Below, in pieces: positions 8,305 through 15,218 of a DNA stretch of 32,000 nucleotides (the first letter of the stretch is position 1; every line of letters starts with the position of its first letter). A program made the translations under genes and the position numbers. The stretch spans positions 1,320,001-1,352,000 of the forward strand of contig NC_007335.2 of the NCBI RefSeq assembly GCF_000012465.1, written 5' to 3'. Below the pieces are notes generated by a model that searched no databases, had not been told where the DNA came from, and saw only the letters and a list, made by a program, of their open reading frames with translations. Origin of the DNA: Prochlorococcus marinus str. NATL2A (GTDB lineage Bacteria > Cyanobacteriota > Cyanobacteriia > PCC-6307 > Cyanobiaceae).

Positions 8305-10524
8305 TTGACCGAAGAAAGAAAGAATCAAAAGCAAGAAGGCTCTAAAGTAAAAACATTCCCAGTCTCTTTTGCTTTAGGTGAAATTAAAGAAAACATCACT
8401 ATTACGACTAATAGCGCTTCTAATACTTCAAAGGAACAAAAAAGATTTGGAGACCAGAGTAAAACTATAAAGAAAAAAGATACCAATACAATTACTAAAC
8501 CTTCCAAAGATCAAATCATTAATCAAGCATTTAAATTTCATTCACAAGGCAATATAAAAGAAGCAGCAAAAAATTATCAATATTTCATTAATCAAGGTTT
8601 CTCTGACCACATGGTTTTTTCTAATTATGGAGCAATATTAAGAGATCTTGGTAATTTACAAGATGCAGAATTATATACTCGCAAAGCAATTAAAATTAAT
8701 CCTAATTACGCATTGGCTTACTCTAATCTGGGAAATGTATTAAAAGATCTTGGTAAGTCACAAGATGCAGAATTGTCATACCGCAAAGCAATTCAAATTA
8801 ATCCTAATTACGCAGATGCACATTACAATCTGGGAATAATATTGAAAGAACTTGGTAATTTACAAGACGCAGAATTGTCATATCGCAAAGCAATTCAAAT
8901 TAATCCTAATTACGCAGATGCATATTCCAATCTGGGAAATGTATTAAAAGATCTTGATAATTTACAAGACGCAGAATTGTCATACCGCAAAGCAATTCAA
9001 ATTAATCCTGATCATGCAGACGCATATTCAAATCTGGGAAATGTATTAAAAGATCTTGGTAATTTACAAGACGCAGAGTTGTCATACCGCAAAGCAATTC
9101 AAATTAATCCTGATCATGCAGAGGCGCATTTCAATCTAGGAAATCTATTAAAAGATCTTGGTAAATTACAAGAAGCAAAGAAAGTATTAAAAAAAAGTAT
9201 AGAGATTGAACCTAATAATCTAGACTATCTTTCAACATTCCTGTTTGTATTATTAATACTTTGTGACTGGGATGAGATAGAAAAATATTCAGCTGATTTA
9301 AATCTTATTGAAACAGATCTTAAAACTATTATTAACCCATTTCACTTAATGCACTTAGAGGATAATCCAGAAAATGAATTAAAGCTAGCGATTAAATATA
9401 GTCAGATAAATAAAAGTGACACATTGCCCAATCTAACTTCTTATAGTCATAGTAAAATAAATATAGGTTACTTTTCATCTGACTTTAGAAATCACGCAGT
9501 ATCATTTTTTTTAGCAAGGATATTTGAATTACATGATAGTTCTAGATTTAATATATATGCCTATAGTCTTAGAAAAGAAAGTGATGGTTATACAGAAAGA
9601 ATAAAGAATGCTGTTTTTTGTTTTCGAGAAGTAAGTGATCTAAATGATATTGAAATAGTTAATATAGCCCGAGATGATCAAATAGATATAGCTATAGATT
9701 TAAATGGTATTACAAAGTCACGTAGAAAGTATATTTTCGAATATCGTGTCGCTCCAATACAAATAAATTATTTTGGCTACCCAGGAACAATGGGGTCAGA
9801 ATCATATGATTTTAGAATTACTAAAAAAATAATAGTTCCTGAAGAAGATAAGAAATTTTATACTGAAAAGATCTTATATCTACCGGATAATATAATTCCT
9901 ATTGATGATACTCAACACATATCAACTGAAAAATTTAGCAGAGAAGAGCTAGGACTTCCCTTAGATAGTTTTGTCTTTACTTGTTTTAATAGAACTGAAA
10001 AGATTACTAGAAAAGAATTTGATATTTGGATGCGTTTATTAAAGAAAATTGATAACAGTGTTTTATGGTTAATAAAACCACATAAAGCCGCAATAGAGAA
10101 TTTATATTCAGAATTAAATAAACAATCTATGAACAAAGAAAGAATAGTATTTGCAGAATTTATGAATTTGAATGATCATTTATCCAGGCATGAATATGGT
10201 GATTTATTTCTAGACACTTTTAATTACAATGCTGGCACTACTGGTGCTCTCTCTTTATGGGCAGGATTACCCATTATAACTCTAGCTGGGAAAACAAATT
10301 CTTCCAGAGCATCAGCTGGTTTTCTAAATGCGTTGGATCTAAATGGTTTAATCACATATAATGAATACGATTATGAATCATTAGCATATGAACTTGCAAC
10401 AAACAAAAAAAAGCTAGAGCACATACGCAATAAATTAAAAAACAAACAATCTTCCTGTTTTGATCCCTATAAATATACTATCGAATTGGAAAAACTTTAT
10501 ACTGATATTAATTCAAAACTATAA
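8305..10524 (+). CDS. TPR-repeat protein fused to a GT41-type (SPINDLY/O-GlcNAc-transferase-like) glycosyltransferase domain
   Basis: 739 aa. It has six or more 34-aa TPR units (AELSYRKAIQINPNYADAYSNLGNVLKDLGNLQD). The C-terminal half has the GT41-like pattern IGYFSSDFRNHAV...QINYFGYPGTMG...DLFLDTFNYNAGTTGALSLWAGLPIITLAG. TTG start, so the exact start is uncertain. Confidence 0.85.
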   Translation: MTEERKNQKQEGSKVKTFPVSFALGEIKENITITTNSASNTSKEQKRFGDQSKTIKKKDTNTITKPSKDQIINQAFKFHSQGNIKEAAKNYQYFINQGFSDHMVFSNYGAILRDLGNLQDAELYTRKAIKINPNYALAYSNLGNVLKDLGKSQDAELSYRKAIQINPNYADAHYNLGIILKELGNLQDAELSYRKAIQINPNYADAYSNLGNVLKDLDNLQDAELSYRKAIQINPDHADAYSNLGNVLKDLGNLQDAELSYRKAIQINPDHAEAHFNLGNLLKDLGKLQEAKKVLKKSIEIEPNNLDYLSTFLFVLLILCDWDEIEKYSADLNLIETDLKTIINPFHLMHLEDNPENELKLAIKYSQINKSDTLPNLTSYSHSKINIGYFSSDFRNHAVSFFLARIFELHDSSRFNIYAYSLRKESDGYTERIKNAVFCFREVSDLNDIEIVNIARDDQIDIAIDLNGITKSRRKYIFEYRVAPIQINYFGYPGTMGSESYDFRITKKIIVPEEDKKFYTEKILYLPDNIIPIDDTQHISTEKFSREELGLPLDSFVFTCFNRTEKITRKEFDIWMRLLKKIDNSVLWLIKPHKAAIENLYSELNKQSMNKERIVFAEFMNLNDHLSRHEYGDLFLDTFNYNAGTTGALSLWAGLPIITLAGKTNSSRASAGFLNALDLNGLITYNEYDYESLAYELATNKKKLEHIRNKLKNKQSSCFDPYKYTIELEKLYTDINSKL
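8650..9159 (+). repeat. Five tandem 102-bp units (one TPR each) with high nucleotide identity, plus a diverged sixth unit from 9160
   Basis: Unit starts are at 8650, 8752, 8854, 8956, 9058 and 9160, exactly 102 bp apart (ggtaatttacaaga.gcaga.ttgtcata.cgcaaagcaattcaaattaatcct...). Confidence 0.9.
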
Positions 10525-10586
10525 AAATTTTACCTTCAAATTAGATTTATAAGTTCTTACTTTTATATGACTTTTATTAAAGGTGA

Positions 10587-10852
10587 AAAAATACAAAATT
10601 AATCTTAAAGGGAACTATAATTAATCCTCGTGTTCTATTTGATAGCTATATGGCAATTGTAAAAAATATAGATGTCATAATTTATCTTTTTTTTTTAGCA
10701 TGGGTAATACATTCTATCAAGCAATTCATTTAGGTATTCCAGTTGCAAGAATGCTCGAGAATCAACCTTGGGGAAGCGTAGTTTTTGCAGGCTATAAACA
10801 AAAGGATAATAAAAATCCTCCCAAAGCCAACTCGCCAGAGGAATACATATAA
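10587..10852 (+). pseudogene. Remnant of the C-terminus of a second GT41-like glycosyltransferase, broken at a T10 tract
   Basis: One frame reads ...INPRVLFDSYMAIVKNIDVIIYLFF up to the T10 run at 10687-10696. The shifted frame continues MGNTFYQAIHLGIPVARMLENQPWGSVVFAGYKQ...SPEEYI. This parallels DLFLDTFNYNAGTTGALSLWAGLPIITLAGKTNSSRASAGFL...NEYDY of the intact gene just upstream. Confidence 0.4.
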
Positions 10853-11134
10853 ATATATAAGAAATTGGCATTCATTCATACAAAGAAGATATCTCTCATC
10901 AAATAAGAACCAAATCAAAAGAGAAATTAATTAATTTACAAAAATATAACTAATCACTTTGAATCTAAGGCATAAATACTAGAGCAAAAATCATGGTATT
11001 TATCTCCTAACTTTTAATATCCATCTAAATATTATTTAGTTACTATTTTTAGATTAATCACATTATCCCATTAGAAAATAGAAAGTGTCTTAAAACATAT
11101 AAAATCAATCTTCTAAAGTTTGATAAGATTCTAT

Positions 11135-12229
11135 TTAATTAGATTTACAAATAAGGTCTGATATATATACAGCATCTTCTGTACTTACATTATTGTGAGA
11201 AGGAAGACAGATTATCCTCTCAGAAATAGAATCTGAGACAGGACATTTTTCATTTGAGAATATATTTCCTATTTTATTTAATGAAGGATAAAAATATCTT
11301 TTTGGTAATATATTATGACTAGTTAATAATTTGATAATCTTAATACAAGTGGATTCACTATCAAGGATTATTGGGAAGTATGAACAATTAGAACCTTCAT
11401 TTATTTCTTGAAGAGAAATATTTCTATTCTTAAGCAATTGATTTCTATATACATCATTAATCTTCCGCCTATGATTTATTGTTTTTACAAAATGCTTAAG
11501 GTTAGCCAAACCTAATGCCGCATGTATTTCACTCATTTTTGCATTAATCCCAGCCCGTACTAAATTTTTATTTTCATCAAAGCCAAAGAACCTAAGTGAT
11601 TTAATCTTTTCATTAATGATTTTTGAAGTTGAAATAACACCTCCTCCTTCTGCTGTATTAAAAATTTTTGTTGCATGTGTACTCACACAACTTATATCAC
11701 CATAAGATAAGATTGATCTACCATTTAATGTTGTACCAAAAGCATGAGCAGCATCATATATCAACTTTAGATTATATTTTTTTGCAATAATATTTAAAGC
11801 CGAGATATTACAAGGATTACCGAATACATGAACTGGCATAATTGCCTCTACTGTTGAATCAATATTTTTTTCAATTGAATTAGTACAAATATTCAATGTT
11901 TTTTCATCAATGTCACAATATTTTATTTTACATTTTTGCCAACCTGCAGCAGCCGCACTAGCTATCCATGAAAAGGCAGGAACTAGAATAGTTCCTTTTA
12001 TTTCCAATGCTTCTATTGCTAATTGCAATGCGACCGTGCCATTGCTTACAGCTATATAATGTTCAATAGTCAATGATTTACAAATTTCTTTTTCTAACTT
12101 TTGTAGCAAAGGTCCATTATTAGTGAGAACTTCTGAGGCCCAAGCTTCTTTCAATAAATTAGAAAATTCTTCTAATTCACATAAAGAAGGTAATCCCACA
12201 CAATTTTTCTTTTTATAAATCTTCTTCAC
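11135..12229 (-). CDS. DegT/DnrJ/EryC1/StrS-family PLP-dependent sugar aminotransferase
   Basis: 364 aa. Motifs are VSNGTVALQLAI, IYDAAHAFG and the PLP-lysine motif STHATKIFNTAEGGGV. Confidence 0.85.
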   Translation of the reverse strand: MKKIYKKKNCVGLPSLCELEEFSNLLKEAWASEVLTNNGPLLQKLEKEICKSLTIEHYIAVSNGTVALQLAIEALEIKGTILVPAFSWIASAAAAGWQKCKIKYCDIDEKTLNICTNSIEKNIDSTVEAIMPVHVFGNPCNISALNIIAKKYNLKLIYDAAHAFGTTLNGRSILSYGDISCVSTHATKIFNTAEGGGVISTSKIINEKIKSLRFFGFDENKNLVRAGINAKMSEIHAALGLANLKHFVKTINHRRKINDVYRNQLLKNRNISLQEINEGSNCSYFPIILDSESTCIKIIKLLTSHNILPKRYFYPSLNKIGNIFSNEKCPVSDSISERIICLPSHNNVSTEDAVYISDLICKSN

Positions 12230-12364
12230 TAATTTAGATTCGATAAAATTTTAGTTTTTGCTTTGTCATCTAAATTTCTTCTGATCAGTTAATAATAAAA
12301 GAACAACGCCTTATTTTTACCATCTTATATTAAAACAATTTTTATAACCAATATTCATTACCAG

Positions 12365-13085
12365 ACTTTTCTTCCTCGATTGTTATGCAAATACTTATCA
12401 GCCAATCCAGCCAGTGAAATTATTTGCTTTGCACAGGCAGCAACGCCACTTGATTGGTTATTGAATAATCCTTTTGCATACCTTGTTCGACATTTACAAG
12501 TATTTTTTCCACCATTTGCGGCCGCTCAATATTGATTTCTTCAAAGTCTTGAACAATCAAATCCATTGCCTTCGCAGTGACTCGCCTCGCTTACCGTCTA
12601 CTTAAGCCGTATTTCTCGGCTATTTCGGTAGTTGTAACGGTTCAACTATGACCTTTAGCAAGCATCGAAGCAGCTTCACCCGTCCTTAATTCCATCATTT
12701 GTTTATTAGCTTTTTTAATATTCCAGCTCTATGCAATATAGATTGAATTCTATCTGGAGCATTTACAAACACAGTGCCAACTTAGGCACCAAAGAAGGCA
12801 TTAGATACCAAGATTGATTCTTTTCTATTTTTGAAAAGGCGGAAGTCATTTTTTCTGCGACAGTAAAAAATTAGAGTGAATGACTTTAGTCATTTGAGAT
12901 TTTCCAGGCGTTTCTATTTTGCGTGAGCTTATAAATCTGACTAACTATATAAGCGACTAAAGTAATAACAAAAGTAGCTAAAAGCATTATAATATCAAAT
13001 AAACTAGACTTATACCTGGTTTAGATTTTACGATATGGGCTGCCTTTGGCGGCTCATTTTCATATAAACAAATAAGAAATAAAAG
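12365..13085. repeat. Copy B of the ~0.73 kb dispersed direct repeat (partner at 1611-2345), decayed
   Basis: Collinear with copy A, including the palindrome at 12879-12894 and the 66/70 core at 12511-12580. Confidence 0.9.
12370..12719 (-). pseudogene. Decayed paralog of the 121 aa HTH-like gene
   Basis: The start codon is changed (ATG to ATT at 12717-12719). There are two in-frame stops (GHS*TVTT, SRR*ARR) and a frame change near the 3-prime end. The translation otherwise parallels copy A (VTAKAMDLIVQDFEEINIERPQMV is identical). Confidence 0.8.
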
Positions 13086-13200
13086 GGCTATTAATTCAGT
13101 TATATTAATCGAAGACATTAAAAAAGCGGGTTTATCAAAATCCCGCCACGGCTCCCGCCATTAACATTCTGTTGAGCGTTTATATCTCAGTGACTTCAGT

Positions 13201-13263
13201 GCTTCCCAAGGATTCGAAGTGCTTCATGCCATGCATTTGATCTACCAGCTGAGCTATGGCCCC
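13201..13263 (-). pseudogene. Decayed copy of tRNA-Ala(GGC)
   Basis: The 5-prime 23 nt (13241-13263) are identical to 4974-4996 of the intact gene, and the anticodon-loop core catgccatgca is retained. The anticodon stem, T arm and acceptor 3-prime strand are mutated or deleted, so it cannot fold. Confidence 0.8.
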
Positions 13264-14240
13264 AAATACTTGATATGAAATTGATTGCAGTCAATTTCAA
13301 GCAACACAGCCATTATATTTCACCATTCAAGTATACCCAATTTACGTCAGACTCTACTGAATTACGCTCTATCAATTTTCTATGGAGGGGTATTTATTAT
13401 CTATTTCATCACAAAAACTAGCCAAAGCAGCTTGTGAAAAAATTTCGCGAATCTTCCAATTAATTTCAAAGGATCGTTTTGTTTTTCTTGTTTTCAAGGG
13501 CTTCGTCATTAACTGAGAAAAAATGGCAATTAGATAAAGAATTTAATGGCTTTTTATAGGCTTGTGTACAAAAAATTATTCATAACAAAAATTAAACAAG
13601 AAAAACATCGCCATACGTTAATAAAAAAGTAAAAATCAATCGATTTCTAACGTAAAAAGTCCTCTTTCGAGAGATAGTTGTACACTATGATACTTTTCCA
13701 CATTTTCTCTTTTCCTCATATTACAAAAAGTTTTGTCCGAGAATTTTGACAAGAACTTTTCAATGTATCAAGAGATACAAATCCCTTGAGAACTACTGCA
13801 GCATCTGTGATTGAGGTGGTTGATTGTTTTTTGTAATTTATCCACTTATTCAATTGACATGACCCCCCATTGAATTTTTTTTATTTTGTGTGTTTTGTGG
13901 AAAAGTGGAAAACCCGCATTAAATGCCTCCAGATTTCAATTTTTTCTAATTGACCATCAAAAATGATTTTTATTCTAGATATAGTTTTTTTTAAGGCCAA
14001 AAGATAAACAATTCGGCCCAAGAAAGTACTTTTTACTAGAAGATATATACATTATAGGCAAAAAAAATTGCCTTCTTCTATGTCTTTAGTTGACAATTCT
14101 ACTGCCTTTCAAGATTATCTCTAATTTAAAAATGAACAATTTCAATAGTTCAATTACCTAGAGAATTTCAAAAAAAATTAGGACCTGATTTCAATTGTTT
14201 ATGTTGAAAGATTGGAATAAGCCCCCCCTTAATTAATAAA

Positions 14241-14435
14241 TTAATTTATTTTACTGACTTTGAAACCATCCGTAGACAATTTAGAGTCATAGTGAGCGTA
14301 TGCATAATCCTTTCTCCATTTATTGGAATAAAAATTGGACCTTTCAAATAGTTCATATGGAAGGTGGGATTTACATAGAAGCAAAAGGACTGGGGGTTCT
14401 AATAAGAAAACCTTTATTAGCAACCGAAAGCCCAT
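14241..14435 (-). CDS. Hypothetical small protein (very uncertain; competes with an overlapping plus-strand ORF at 14300-14536)
   Basis: 64 aa ORF with a hydrophobic N-terminus and a polar, aromatic-rich C-terminus (FYSNKWRKDYAYAHYDSKLSTDGFKV). No motif. It is the only candidate between the ORF-free tract and lexA. Confidence 0.2.
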   Translation of the reverse strand: MGFRLLIKVFLLEPPVLLLLCKSHLPYELFERSNFYSNKWRKDYAYAHYDSKLSTDGFKVSKIN

Positions 14436-14504
14436 TCACTGCAGCAGATAATTTAGTTCATAGTGAAGACAAAAATAGAAAATTTTTATTCAACTCCTGG
14501 AAGT

Positions 14505-14524
14505 CAAAAAGAACTAAGAGTTCT
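14505..14524 (-). terminator. Candidate intrinsic terminator downstream of lexA
   Basis: On the minus strand the sequence is AGAACT-ctt-AGTTCT followed by TTTTG. The 6-bp stem is weak, but it lies 20 nt after the lexA stop. Confidence 0.3.
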
Positions 14525-14544
14525 AATTGGTTTTAGAAATAGCT

Positions 14545-15153
14545 TTAAGTTTTCCTCCATACAGCTGCTAACTTTCCCTGAATATGAACTTGTTCAGCAT
14601 CAATTTCTATAGGGTCATAAGATGTATTGGCGGCTTCTAAACGAACTAAACTTCCATCACGAAAAAAATGTTTCAAAGTAGTTCCTAATCCTGGAACCAT
14701 TGCGCTAACAATCGTGCCGTTTCTCAGTCGAGCGGGCTCATTAACAGGTTCCATTAGAACCATATCTCCGTCTGCAATAAAAGAATCAATCATTGAATCT
14801 CCATTTACCGTCAAAGCAAAAAGTCCCTTTAATTGAAGAACTGAATTTAAGTCTAGAGTTTCCTGTACATCATCAAAAGTTTCAACCAACCCACCTGCAG
14901 CTATTGCTCCCAAAACAGGAACCCCCGAAATACTCTCTTCTATTAATTGCAGCGTTCTTGCCTGACCTTCTTGCCATTTTATCCACCCTTTTTGTTGTAA
15001 ATGTCTTAGACGACTTTGGATTGGTGCTGGAGATCTTAGACCCATAGCTTGCATCATTTGCCTGATCGAAGGGCTATGATGATGATCTCCAATAAAATCT
15101 ACAAGCCAGTCATAGAGTTCTTGCTGTGCAGTAGTTAGAGTTTCTTCTGGCAT
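14545..15153 (-). CDS. lexA: LexA repressor (S24 autopeptidase)
   Basis: 202 aa. There is an N-terminal winged-helix region (PSIRQMMQAMGLRSPAPIQSRLRHLQQKGWI) and the Ala-Gly cleavage site in VLGAIAAGG. The catalytic Ser is in GDSM and the catalytic Lys in TLKHF. Confidence 0.95.
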   Translation of the reverse strand: MPEETLTTAQQELYDWLVDFIGDHHHSPSIRQMMQAMGLRSPAPIQSRLRHLQQKGWIKWQEGQARTLQLIEESISGVPVLGAIAAGGLVETFDDVQETLDLNSVLQLKGLFALTVNGDSMIDSFIADGDMVLMEPVNEPARLRNGTIVSAMVPGLGTTLKHFFRDGSLVRLEAANTSYDPIEIDAEQVHIQGKLAAVWRKT

Positions 15154-15181
15154 TCGAATCGATTAAGTACATTCGTCCTTC

Positions 15182-15195
15182 AATACATATGTACC
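15182..15195 (-). promoter_or_regulatory. Candidate LexA box upstream of lexA
   Basis: The minus strand reads GGTACATATGTATT. It matches the cyanobacterial LexA-box consensus RGTAC-NNN-DGTWCB at all but one specified position. It lies about 28 nt upstream of the lexA ATG. A weaker site, AGTACATTCGTCCT, sits at 15166-15179. Confidence 0.45.
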
Positions 15196-15218
15196 TAAAA
15201 TATCTAAAAATCGCAACC

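Noticed and set aside
8325-10136. Minus-strand ORFs 8325-8507 and 9912-10136 inside the TPR-GT41 gene
   Set aside because: They are shadow ORFs opposite a well-supported 739 aa gene.
10730-10918. 62 aa minus-strand ORF in the spacer after the TPR-GT41 gene
   Set aside because: It lies antisense to the glycosyltransferase remnant, which has the more protein-like translation. It has no start context or motif.
14300-14536. 78 aa plus-strand ORF overlapping the 14241-14435 minus-strand ORF
   Set aside because: It would run convergently into lexA and through the hairpin I interpret as the lexA terminator. Neither overlapping ORF has a motif. I kept the minus-strand one only at very low confidence.
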